Shown here one piece after another: positions 1-13,100 of a stretch of DNA of 64,000 nucleotides. The stretch comes from Callorhinchus milii (lineage: Eukaryota). Below the pieces are notes generated by a model. The model saw nothing but the letters and a program-made list of their open reading frames with translations. It made no database searches and was not told the DNA's origin. The stretch spans positions 13,642,001-13,706,000 of the forward strand of contig NW_024704743.1 of NCBI RefSeq assembly GCF_018977255.1. The letters are read 5' to 3'. Position 1 is the first letter of the stretch. Every line of letters starts with the position of its first letter. Made by a program: the position numbers and the translations under genes.

Positions 1-330
1 CTGCGTATTTTGCAGGTGGGCATGTCAGCCAAATTGCACACATTCAGCCATGAAGTGAGTAATCAATTTTATTATGGGGGAATTGATGACCAGGACACTG
101 GGAGAAACTCTGTTTTCTAACAGTGCCATGGAATCTCTAATATCCACCTAAACAAGCAGCAGGCACAGTTTAACACCTGATTCAAGGATGGCACCTCCAA
201 CAACGCAGCACAACCCCAGCAATGCATTAAAGTGTCAGCCTAGACTTGTGAATTCAAAACCTCAACATGGGGTTTGAACCGACAACCTTTAGACTCAGAG
301 GCAAGAATGATACTAAATGAGCCAGACACC
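1..330 (-). mobile_element. DeuSINE-like (SacSINE1-type) tRNA-derived SINE
   Basis: Reverse complement shows the head ggctcatttagtatcattcttgcctctgagtctaaaggttgtcggttcaaacccc, Deu-like core gagattccatggcactg and gtgtcctggtcatc. Confidence 0.7.
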
Positions 331-1124
331 TATGACACATCATGTTTAAAACACATTGATAGGATCTATCATTGCAAGCAGCCCTGCAGTATCTCACTTG
401 ACTAGTCATCCTTAATGTATTTAGAGAGCACATGCTTGCAATCTGCTTGAGTGTGGAATATCATACCTGTTGACATCAGCACAAGTATGCCCACTTTTGA
501 TCAAAGGAGCTTGCAGTATGAACTCTCCTAGATCATTGATGCTGGGACCCAGTATAGAAACTCCATCACCACCCAGCCAACATCAGATAACTCAGTACAG
601 AACAGGAATTAAAACTTAATCCTTCTCGTCTGTAATTTTGAATACCAAACCAGATCTGGTGTCAGTCAACACTGAGTCACCAATGATCTGAAAGTAATTA
701 TGGATTGCATGCAGGTCTTTTTTTACATGTAGTCCCTGTGTGATTTTTAAAGACTTTGTTTTAAAATCATATCATCAAGCATGTAGGTAAAATAGTGCTA
801 CCAAAATAACCTTCAGTGTATGATTACAAGGAGGGGAGAGAAGAGAAAGTTTTTCTTATTTTACAAGAAAAAGATTAAATATTGTTGAAGGCCCAAATAT
901 TTTTTCCTTCCTCTCTCTAAAGGAAAGCTATGAAAAGAAAAACTCATACATATTGTGCCCATGGTTGTGGTAGACTACTTCAGTTCACTCAATTATAATA
1001 CAACTATGATGTAAAACCAGCAACTATAGTAAGCGATCAGCCAGCCTGGCACATTGGCAAGACTTAAGAGGGGCAAACTAATCACAAGGACAAGAGACTC
1101 TACCCACTCAACTCTTGTTAACCC

Positions 1125-1272
1125 TCCATGTCTCCAGGGAGATTGTGCACATTCCTTTCCACACAGAAATATTTTCATGATTAGGTAGCTTACATGAAAC
1201 TGTCTGTTTTGATACTGTTAAAAGCATGGTGATGAGTTTCCACATGTCAGACACCAGGCTGACCAAAGAAAA
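1125..1272 (+). mobile_element. 3' end fragment of the RTE-like LINE family
   Basis: Ends aagcatggtgatgagtttcc...gctgaccaaagaaaa, shared with the copies at 8.1, 20.8, 34.5 and 50.3 kb. Confidence 0.65.
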
Positions 1273-1549
1273 GTAGAGACTTGTTAGCAAAAGATTTCTG
1301 TGCATGTCAGACTGGTGTCTTAACCCAAATATTAACTGCTACACTGTGCAAATTGCTCTTGTGGTTTTCAGATAAGCTTGAGAACCACCTTCTTTTCTAA
1401 ATACTGAGAAAAAACATGATTCTGTACAAAATTCCAGGAAGCGGACCATTTTAGATCATTACAGCACCACACACATGTTGAATACATACTAGGTTTGGTA
1501 TCAGTATGAATTGGTTGTGACGTACCCCCATTTAGATTCCATGTTATTG

Positions 1550-1900
1550 ACTACAGGTTAGAACACTTGCCTCGCAAGCAAAAGGACCTGGGTTTGAGTC
1601 CTGAGCAGGGCGAAATGTTAGGCAAGTTTCCTTACTACACTCCTGTTTGCCATGCAGTAAATAGGAACCCAGTTGTTAGTCGATTGGTGGATCGCTTTTC
1701 CATGGGAAATAATCCCTTCAAAAACAAAATTCAAAAATAATAATTTAGTTACTCAATCCATGACGATTTGTGGGATACTGTTGTGCACTATTGGCTGACG
1801 TGTTTCACCCACAAAATAAACAGTGAATTCACTTTATAGATTATTCTGTGAAGCGCTTTTGAAGTCTTGAAGACGTGATAATCCTTATATTTGATATAGC
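1550..1900 (+). mobile_element. tRNA-derived SINE, long variant, with L2-like tail
   Basis: ggttagaacacttgcctcgcaag...ggcaagtttccttac...ctgtgaagcgctttt. Confidence 0.8.
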
Positions 1901-3589
1901 ACATCTATATATATTTGATACTGGCACATCCTTGTCCTAGTGACTGGTTTGCCTCGCCAAGTCTTGCTGATGTGCCAGCTGGCTATATCATGCAAGGATT
2001 ATTAAAGTCACTCCACTTTACGATATATCCTGTGAAGCGCTTCTTGCTTTCCAAAGGACAGTCAGTATGAGCCTAGATGAAACTAAAATAGTTCCATGAT
2101 TAAATAAAACCTTTGAAACTCTTCTAAATGGACACCAGAACAAAGTTCTTCTATTCTGCTGCCATGAAAATATAGCCTTTGGACATGTAGTCGAAACAAG
2201 AACAATCAGGTGAAAGCTTGCACTTTAAATGACCAAGGCTTTCCATTTTTCCAGTAACGTGCTATAATTTGTCAAGTTTAAACACTATAGATTTGTTTTC
2301 AATATAGAACAAAGGTCATTTGCATGCATGATATAATGTGTAGTTTACATGGTCGGAAGCTGTGATACATCATAGCTTAGCTACGCAGGCTTCCTCAGAG
2401 CCAATCCAACCTCAAGAAGAAGTTCTCTCTTCATCAACCAGTTAAGGCTACGTGAGCCCAAAGGGATTTGAGGCTGCAACAATCTGGTCTCTTGTGTTTG
2501 CTCAACTGATTGAATCATGCAAAATGTTGCACTTCAGCTAATAAATGATAAATTAAATTTAATATAGATAAATGTAAGGACCAAAAGGTTGTGGGTTCTA
2601 GTCCTATATGAAAACTTCACAAGAGTGGTTCAAATTAAGAAATCCTTTAATTTGGCTGGATTTTATTGTTCCAGAATACCCACCCTACTTTCTTCCTAAT
2701 CCAGTAAATAGCATCAATCACTAGGTGTTGATTACTCTCCAAGTAATGAAAAACTGTCTGATGTTTGTATTAAACTTGCCCTTCAAAACCCTTGACCAGT
2801 CTCCTCTTGTCCTACTTCTTGGTCTACCTGAAAGTATTGTTCAGGATTTACTTTCTTTATCTCATTTAACATTGTGTAAATCTCTAAACATTTCTTTTTG
2901 AGGTTGAAGAGCCCTAATTATCCCTCATGAAAATCATAATCAAGTAACACTTCAGGGCAAATAGAGAACAAATTGTTGCAAGTCCAGTCTTTTGGGTGAG
3001 ATGTTAAACCAAAATATCTGCCAGATTGGGTGATTTAGGTAGCCATTGAAGATCAATGCCCTGAAGAGCAGTCATGGGAAACATAGGAACATCTGCTGGA
3101 CCAGAATACACTAGTCAATCTGGCTAGATCCACCTTCAAATGTCATCTCGACTTTTCTTGCTTACATCCAAATTCCCCTTTTCCAAATCAAAAAGTTACG
3201 CAATCACCTCTTGAAACTGCACACATTAATTGCTTGAATATCTGAGTCTTGGTCAATACTCTCTCATGTTAATTCACGTGAATCATTTCCATTGTTGTTT
3301 GTGGGATACTGTGGGTGCAGATTTGCCTACATTCCAGTTACTACATTTCAAATTAACATTGTCTAAAGAATTTTGAATTGATTCAACTGAATAATGTTCT
3401 ATAATAATTATAATTATTAAGTAGATACCATTGCAATTTCTGTGAGAGATTAGAAACAAACAACCTTGATGTAAGATTAACCAAACCACCACATGATGGC
3501 AGGCTGCATCCAACAAGCATCAGAAACGGTGTTAAGAACAATTAGTAAAAACAATAAACAACAAACCACATTTATATCCATTCAGAAAC

Positions 3590-3611
3590 TCTTTAATTCC
3601 ATAGCTTTATT
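3590..3611 (-). terminator. Candidate MCUR1 polyadenylation signals (AATAAA at 3611-3606, ATTAAA just downstream)
   Basis: Hexamers about 480 nt after the stop in an AT-rich 3' UTR, followed by a GT/T-rich tract on the minus strand. Confidence 0.5.
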
Positions 3612-4092
3612 ATAATCATTTGAATCTTTCAATCTCATCCGTTAACTTTGGGTAAATTACTGACAAATGTGAACGTATTTTCTTTATCAGTGTTTAACTT
3701 AAAACCAGCAGCATTCCCTTTACAGCCACCATGCTGAACCACCTACCTCACACTGTGAACAGGATGACATTAACTGGTCGTCACACTATTTAATTATTTC
3801 TTGAGTAAATATATTTCTTGGTAAAAAAAATTGCAAAAAATGTGTTAAATTAAACAATACAAATTTAAAGTCACATTCCTCAATATGAGTGAATTATTAC
3901 ATTTAAAAACAGTTGATATGTGTTATAATAGCTTCATTGAATTACATCATCAATCTATATATATTTCTTGATTTCTTTAAGGCATCCAGTGCACTTCAAA
4001 TGAAATGGATCCATTAAATATTTACACGTAACCACCACTGAAGTACATGCTTCAAGAGAGAATATTGAGATCCATTAGCAGGAATATGTGTT

Positions 4093-4148
4093 TCACATCC
4101 AGACACGGTAAAATCCAAGCGCTATTGTAAGGCATGTGAAAACTGAAC
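4093..4148 (-). CDS. MCUR1: MCUR1 exon 9, coding part (TM anchor and stop)
   Basis: ttatag|GT TCA GTT ... ATG TGA; encodes (G)[17 protein letters not shown]. Confidence 0.96.
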
Positions 4149-7100
4149 CTATAAAGGAATATTCAGCGATAAGAAAACAGTAACAAGTGAGTTTATTCTG
4201 TTAAACATTTTAAGATGCAACTCTTGGGTAAAATAATCAAGCACTTATCTTAACAATAAAAATGTTTGGATTGCAAAACTGATAATATTGATAAGAATTA
4301 CTTTTATACAACAGTCAGGTGGTGACAGATAAATCTGACAAATCAGTCCATGGTTAGATTCAGTTTTTAGCCACTGTAAAAAACTATTGTGCCAAAAAAT
4401 GTTGGGGCTTGATTTCAATTCAATCCAAAGTTTCAGTATCTGCAATGCCTTTAGCACAGTATTTGCTCTAAAAATGTTACAAACAAATCATATCTTTATG
4501 CAGAAAGTTATTTACCCCATTTACATATAGGCGAGTATGTGTATTCGCTGACCAATAATTAAATAACATCCATTTTTAATTTGTTAATTGCTGGTTTCTT
4601 ACCTGCTAAATACTTTATTGTGTCAAGTTTATGTGACTCTAGCAAGGTTTTGAGTCCTGCTACTTCAGTCTCTATTTTCCGATCTGTCTGAGTCACGGCA
4701 CGTTCTTGTTGTGAATTCTGAAGAGTAAACAAAAGCTGAATTCAAACTGTTAAAAATGATAGCATCAGGGTTTAAAAAAGGCAATAGAGCAGCCACAATG
4801 CTACACTTTTAATATTTCACTTTAGCAGATGATGATCTCCCTATTAAATCACAAGCATCTAAACAAGATTACTTTTTGGAGCTGAACTTGTTTTATGATC
4901 TTGTCATTTGAAATTGCACCATATCACATTGTTGAAACATCTCAACATGTTTCACAGGATTTTTACACTGTGCTCAACAATATCACAAACAGCCTTGAAG
5001 TGAATAACCTATTTTATCTGTTTATATATTTAACCACACACCTAAAATTAGAGGGAATAGATTTCCACACACAAATTAATTTATTACAGGGAATACAACC
5101 TTAAATAGGGAGAAAAACAATATTTTGCTGTACTGACACTTGCACTGAGGTTCCCTCTCCAAAACATTTAGATAAATCTGATTTAAATGTTTTCATGCAG
5201 AGACTTATTGGAACATGGAAAGCTTTGATACAAAAATTTGGTTACAAAAATTAAGCTCAAATATCTTAAAACAAATTGGATAATTATTTGAAGAAAAGCA
5301 ATATTAATGTATATGGGAGGAAATAAATTAGGAAAAGATATAGCTCCAGTGAGGGAGGGAGCACCAGAAGAGGCTCCATGGGCTGAATTGCATTGTTCTG
5401 TGCTATAAACTTCTGAGGCTGCAGTATGACTTCAGCAGATTGACCCAGCAGTGCACAACAGCCCTCTTAAATGACTGTGAACTTAACTCTCCTACCTTTC
5501 TAGCTAAATTTGAATAATTGAGGGGGGGGGGGAAGAAAAATTCTTTACCAACTCCACTATTTGTGACCTGGTTTCCAGTAGTCGTTTTTCATGTTCATTG
5601 AACTGAAGAGACAAAATGTCATTTTGTTTATGATTAAAACTACAGCAAAACATCTATAACAAGCATCTTTATTAATACCAATTTATAGGAACTTACAATT
5701 TCTTTAAAGGGCACAAATTACAATAAGCTCAATAGTTTACAATAAACAATTACAATTATGAATAAAATAATGGAGGTGCTGCAGTTTCTAAAAATAAGAT
5801 TTTAGTGGCAATAAACTCTCTGAAACTCTGAATCCATTAGTTTTGAGAATTAAATTGAAGTTAGAATACAATGACTGAATATGGCAATAATATTGCCCAA
5901 TAATTAATATTATCATAATGTGCTGCTGCACATTAAACACCATTAAATATTGAAGTAGAAATGCTGTCAGCCACATTGGAAGCTTCATTAATGGCATGTC
6001 ATCAAATGGTCCTGAACAACCTGCAATCTGGATTCTGCTTCATCCAATAGAAATTGGTCCAACTTCAGCCAGAAAACACTGAAAGCTAAACCAGACACTC
6101 TTCTTAGGCCAAGTAGGCTCTACAGAAAACGATTACTACCCCCTCCCCTAGGTGAACCTGGAGTCCTTAAAATTCAGATCATCTATCCAAGTCATTGTAG
6201 AAAACAATCAACACAGTCCACCCAAAATGCAGACAGGATTTCACCCATTGTTATTTTGCATTACTCACTAACTTAATATCCACTGTAAATCTTACCAAAA
6301 GTATAGACAAAATACTAATAATATTAAAAAGGGTTCAACAAACAACTTCAGGAGATAAAAATGACATAAACCTCTTACCATTTCTTTAACTCTACTCTTA
6401 TCCAAGTTAAGGTCCAGCTTGTTACTTGTAGACAGCTTGTTGACTTCATCCTGTAAGGATTGGAAAGACTAATAAATACAACCTTCATACTCAGTGGCCT
6501 AAAACACATTAAGTCAATTGATAAAGAAGGTGAAGAACGTTGCAGGTATGAGAGTTGGGATTGGGAGAGTTAAGGATGTGGAGATGTTAGGCCAAGCCAG
6601 GTTTAGACTTGTGATGTATATACAGAATTTCATAACAATTTTGATGAGTGAATTGGTGGGAAACTGACATAGTTCATACTCCAATTTCAAAGGGAGCTGA
6701 AGACTTGGCACTGTTCACAACATACACACAAGCATGTTTTGGGGAAAGTTGCAGAAACCCACGACAGAATTAGGCTTCACACTGGTAACTTAGGTTATGT
6801 AATGTATTTGGCGAACATGATTGTGGCAGCCTCACAGATATAGTGCGCAATTCACTGCAATTGGGACAAATTTCAAAGAATGCGAAGTTAGGGAGGAAGT
6901 CCTATCTCCCCCCCATCCTCCAGATCAAATTCAAAATCCTCATTTTCAACTTTAACAACTGTACAATTCGCCTCATCGGTGGGCGAGCTTTCAGCCATTC
7001 TGGAGTTCCTCTGACTCCCTCATTCACCTCACCACATTCAAGGTCCATCTCAATACCTCTCTCTTTGACCGCATTTCCGATCATGTTTTCCCTCCCCACT

Positions 7101-10100
7101 CACCTTAGATTACATCCCTAGCTCTGGTACTCAGCCAGCAGTGTCAAGCTTTTTATTTGAAGGAGGAGGGGTGGGTGGGGGAATGCCTTCCTGATTTGTA
7201 AGTGTAAATTTATATCATATTGTGAAAAGGGGGCTAGGGATAAACCACTCAAGTACAGAAGTATTGATTGTACGAAAAAAATGAAATAATGGACAGTATA
7301 AAATATCTTGAGGCACATAGATGCATCAGAGACAGCCAGCATAACCTAAGGAGTGGGCAGCTGTGCTTAATTGAATTTCTTTGGGAAGTTAGACTGAGTG
7401 AATAGAGGTAAGAAGTTTATGTTACAATGCAGCCCTGTCATAGCACTTCACTATAGCACAAATTCACTTAATAACACGGTGGCACTGTGGACCCAGTTCA
7501 TCGTGCAAGCACGGAGCCAGCCCACTTGGGTCCCTCCCGCCGGTCAGCTTATCACAGTGAATCAGCCAACTTCCAGTTCATTAGGTTGTCATGAATATCA
7601 CTTCCTGTTTTGCAGTGTACATGTACAGCAGGAAGTGATATTAGCAGTGACCTAAATGATCCAGAAGTTGACCATTTTACTTCCTTCACCAAACAAAAGG
7701 TTTAATTCCTGGTAATCAGGTGCCGCTATCAACATTTGTCACCTTCCACATTAAACTGGAAATTACATTGGTGGGACCCAATGACCCAGCAGGTGTTGTG
7801 CACACACAGTCAAGCCCCTTGTTGCACCTTTCTACAATGCAGTTTAGGAATTTATGGATGCCAAACATGACATGTTATTCAAGTTACTAGTACTTTGACT
7901 TCTTGGATTATCATGACAAGTTGGGATATATGTTTTAGTTAAGGTTCTTGGACATGCAACACATTCATATCCCCAAAATACTCTGCTGTCCCCAAGCCTT
8001 GGCTCTTGCCAGCCTGTGCCTTATACTCTCTGAAAATAGATAAGCAGGCTGTGTTCCTCCAGAGAGAGAGTACATATTCAATTCCAATACATGGGATTTC
8101 CATGTGCAGGTTGGATACATGAAATTTTCAGTAGTTTGAATACTCTTAAGCACGCTGATGGGATTTCCACATGCATCATCTACCCAGCTGACCAAAAACA
8201 ATGCAAAACATCAGGCTTTCAATCTGAGTTATCTAATGACAAATAACCATGGAGCAAACCTGTCAAAAGGGCTTACTATTAATTGCTTTTGGAGCTGAAA
8301 CAATTCAATTTTCAGTTTCTGAAAGAAAGAAAATGACCAAATGAACAAAAAGTTTCAGAAGATACAATGAAACTTGAGATCACATGCTTTTTGCAACTTA
8401 AAAACGTTAACATGATTCCAGAAACATCAAGTTTCTATTCAGACTTATTTTGTTCATCCCACTTTGTTAGAAAATTGTCCTATAAAAGGAACAACAACAA
8501 CAAGATTACATTTGTATAGCGCCTTTCAAGTGGGAGAATGTCCCAAGGCGCTGGACAGAGTGCAGCATTTCAGACCCGAGCTGGGGTCAGGGAGGGCGAA
8601 GGGAGGGGAGAAGGGGGGTGGCCGATGGCATGGTCGAAGAGGAGGGTCTTGAGACAGGACTTGAAGGAGGCTAACGAGGGGGCGAGGTGGAGTGATTGGG
8701 GGATGGAATTCCAGAGGGTGGGGGCAGAGGCTCAATGGTGGGGCGGGTGGGTCAGGGGACGTGAAGCAGGCCAGAGCTGGCTGAGTGGAGGGAGTGGGTG
8801 GATTGGTAGGGAGTTAGGACGCAGCCTGTGGACGGAGGAGTTGGGAAGGCCGACAAGCAGGGCGTTTGCATAGTCGAGCCTGGAGGTAATGAAGGCATGA
8901 ACAAGAGTTTCAGCGGCCTGAGGGGTGAAGTAGTGCGGGTCATGGCTTGAATGTGGGGGAGAAAAGACAGTTGAGGGTCGAACAAGACACCCAGGTTCCT
9001 GATGGCTTGGTGAGTTGTAGTGTGCAACCATGGAGGTTGATGTTGCCAGAGCCTGAGGTGCTGAGGCACTGGCGTGAGCCAATCAGGAGGGTGGAGGGTG
9101 GAGGCAGAAAGATAGAGTTGAGTGTCATCTACATACATATGGAAGTTGACCCCATGTCTGCGGATGATGTCACCAAGGGGGAGCATTTAGATATTAAAGA
9201 GGAGAGGGCCAAGGACAGAGCCCTGGGCGACGCCAGATGTGACAGTGTGGGGGCTGGAGGAAAAACCGTTAGAGGCAACACAGTGGAGACGGTGAGAGAG
9301 ATAGGAATCGAACCAGGCAAGGGCAGATCCGTGAAGATTGAGTAAAGCGGAGTATATGGGGATGGAGTGGTCGACAGTGTCGAAGGTGGCAGAGAGGTCG
9401 AGGAGGACAAGGAGGCAGAGGGAGCCCTGATCACAGATGTTCAGAATGTCATTAGTGACTTTGACCAGGGCTGTTTCCGTGCTGTGGACAGCATGGAAGC
9501 CGGATTAGAGGGGTTCAAAGAGGGAATGGCGAGAGAGAAAGGAGCGGAGCTGGGGCGCAACGTTCCAGGACCTTGGGAGAGGAATGGGAGGTTAGAGATG
9601 GGGCGGTAGCTGGAGAGTAGGGATAGGTCCAGGGAAGGTTTTTTCAAGTTGGGGGTGATGACGGCTGTTTTTAGGGGGGTGGGAACTGAACCGGTGCCAA
9701 GGAGAGGTTGATGACATCGGACAGGAGAGGGGCCAGAAGATGGAGCTGGGAGACGAGGAGAGACGTGGGGATGGGTTCGAGGGAGCAGGTGGTGGGTTTG
9801 AGTTTGTGGACAGTCGTGGTGAGGGAGGAGGGAGAGATAGGGTCGAAGGAGTATAGGGGAGGTTGGGTGGGGGTGGGTCATGAGGGAGAGGTCATGTGGG
9901 GGTGGCTGTGGACGGGGCTGAGGTGGCTGAATGTATCCCCTCGGTTTTAGATTTGAGGAAGTCCAGCATCTCCTCAGTTGGAGTTTGAGGAATGGATGGG
10001 CGAGGTATGGGAAGGTAAACGGAGGAGACGGTTAGTGGTGAAAAAGAGAAGACTGGGGTTGTTCTTTGCCTTCAAGATAACCTTGGAGTCGAAGGAGGAT

Positions 10101-13100
10101 TTGGCGGAGGCAAGAGTGCATCGGTAGATCTTGGTGTGGTGAAGCCAAATCTGCCAATGGACCGTTAGTTTGGATTTGGTCCAGGCCCGTTTGGCAGCTC
10201 GGACTTGTGCCTTGAGGGAACGGAGATGGCTGGTGTACCGGGGATTTACGGAAGTATGAGGCAGTTCGGAAGCTGAGGGGGGCAAGTGAGTCCAGAATGG
10301 AGAGGGAGTTGTGCAGAAAGGAGAGTGAGGAGGGGAGATCAGTCAGTGAGGGCCAGAGGTGTAGGAGTTCAGATGACTCCAGGGCAGTGGAGAGGGAGAG
10401 GGAGGAAATTTTTTTCCATGGACAGTATGTAATGATGGAGGGAACTTAAACAGTCACACTCAGTTACAGTACAACATACAAAACACATCCCAATCTCGTC
10501 ATGCTTAGTCTAAGGATGAATAGTGGTGCAAACGTCTTTGAAACAGGACTACGTTAGCAAATGAGTATCTGATCTTTTATTAAACCAACAACAAACTTTA
10601 GATAGGAGAAAACATACTCTATACATTGACCTAATATAAATATGTGAATCTGCTTTTCAGAATATTAAAAAAGGATCTGCTCTATCAGGTAAAAAAAAAT
10701 CACTAATAAATAGCTTTGTCCATTTTTAAACCCTTTCTGAGAGGCAAGTTCTGTTAACAATGGTTTGATTCTATTTAGGAGAATTCAGCGATCCGTTACA
10801 TTGGGCTAATTAATCCACATTAAAAGTCTTTGCCTATAATGCAGCCTCTTGCTCTATCCATGTCAGGCCTTTCTCAGATTTGATTCTAATATTTATTTTC
10901 ATCTCCAGAGACGCCAGTATTTTAGAGCACCTTGACAACTCTTCCAGCTTCAAGCTATGATCTCACCTCATTCTCTGCTCGTAATGCTGAGAATTCACTC
11001 TTTTCTAAGATAATCATGTCCTTTTTCACTCCGGCTATTTGTGACATTATCTGCTGAAGCATTATCTCCTGCAATTAAATTACAATGGTTACCATTTCAG
11101 AATAATTTACAACAGTACTATTCCAATAACGAATTAAGAAAAGCTGTACTGTTGTAATGTACCATATTCTAAGAAGTATTTTGAACAAATAAGTGTAATT
11201 TAGAAATTTAAATACAAAATTTGCACTAACACAGTTGAACCCTTGCGTACGTGCCTTGGTATAGTCCTGGTCTACGTATAGCACTGGTGCACTATACAAC
11301 CCAGTATATTGGAAGTGGGGTATAATTTCAATGCTGACTGACCTGCTTCCTGCACATAGTGCACAGTTGCGGAAAACCCAGCAACCGCTGGAACAACAAC
11401 AAACATTTATGGAATGCTTTTCACGTCGAGAGGACGTCCCAAAGCGCTGAACAGTCAGGTGTCAGGGCCCGAGCATGGGGGAGGAGTGGTGTAGGCATGA
11501 GCGAAGGCTGAGAGGTGGGAGGGCGACCAAAGGCACGATCGAAAGGAAGGGTCTTGAGACTAACCTTGAAGGAGGCAAGAGAGGAAGCGAGGCGAAGGGA
11601 CTGTGGGATGGAGTTCCAGAGTGTGGAGGCAGAGCGGCTGAAAGCCCGGCCACCGATGGTAGGCGGGTCGGGCGGGAGATATGGAGCAGGCTGGAGCCTG
11701 CTGAACGGAGGGAGCGGGCAGATTGGTAGGGAGTTAGCAGGTCAGAGAGGTAGGAGGGGGCAAGGCCATGGATGGCCTTGAAAGTGAGGACGAGGATCTT
11801 AAAATCGATCCACTGAGGGATGGGGAGCCAGTGGAGTCGGGTGAGGGTGGGAGCAATGGGGTTGTGGAGCCTGGTGCACAAGAGTACACAGGCTGCAGAG
11901 TTTTGGATGATCTGTAGCTTGTGAAGGGAAGAGTTGGGAAGGTCGATGAGGAGGGAAGCGCTTGTGAGAGCAGTTGCTGGCTTCCTGTACACATGCACAG
12001 GAAGTCATGTCAGTGGCAACCTGACAGATGGCTATTTTTATAGTGCATAATGGTGTCTGACTGTAAAATGCCAGTTATTACGTTAAATCCACACATCTTA
12101 TATAAAAATGCAGGCATGTTTCTTCCAATATTAAAAATGCACATGCACAGGCAATAATCCTAATAAATCCTAATAAAACATTGTAGTGAGGTAGGAAAAT
12201 ATAAATATTAAAATAGTTATATTGATATGCTGAGAGACACGGGCAACCGACTAAACTACATGACTGCTGTAGCCAGTGCAGGCCACGTGTAGCTGTATGA
12301 TTTGGGCTTTTCCCAGAATATCGTGGAACTATATAGAGGTAATTTGCTCAGATGTCAAGAAGTGGATCTATCAGTTGGTTTTCTGACCTCCATTCCTCCT
12401 TGTTTCAGAGACCACAAGCTTTCGAGGCATTTTGAAAACCTGAGTCATAGTGGAATCGTGCAAATTCCATTTTACTTCCTTCACCAAACAAAAGGTTTAA
12501 TTCCTGGTAATCAGGTGCCGCTATCAACATTTGTCACCTTCCACATTAAACTGGAAATTACATTGGTGGGACCCAATGACCCAGCAGGTGTTGTGCACAC
12601 ACAGTCAAGCCCCTTGTTGCACCTTTCTACAATGCAGTTTAGGAATTTATGGATGCCAAACATGACATGTTATTCAAGTTACTAGTACTTTGACTTCTTG
12701 GATTATCATGACAAGTTGGGATATATGTTTTAGTTAAGGTTCTTGGACATGCAACACATTCATATCCCCAAAATACTCTGCTGTCCCCAAGCCTTGGCTC
12801 TTGCCAGCCTGTGCCTTATACTCTCTGAAAATAGATAAGCAGGCTGTGTTCCTCCAGAGAGAGAGTACATATTCAATTCCAATACATGGGATTTCCATGT
12901 GCAGGTTGGATACATGAAATTTTCAGTAGTTTGAATACTCTTAAGCACGCTGATGGGATTTCCACATGCATCATCTACCCAGCTGACCAAAAACAATGCA
13001 AAACATCAGGCTTTCAATCTGAGTTATCTAATGACAAATAACCATGGAGCAAACCTGTCAAAAGGGCTTACTATTAATTGCTTTTGGAGCTGAAACAATT

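Noticed and set aside
330..690. Possible additional ancient SINE (also about 29540-29640 and 34580-34860)
   Set aside because: Weak resemblance only; I could not define boundaries or family.
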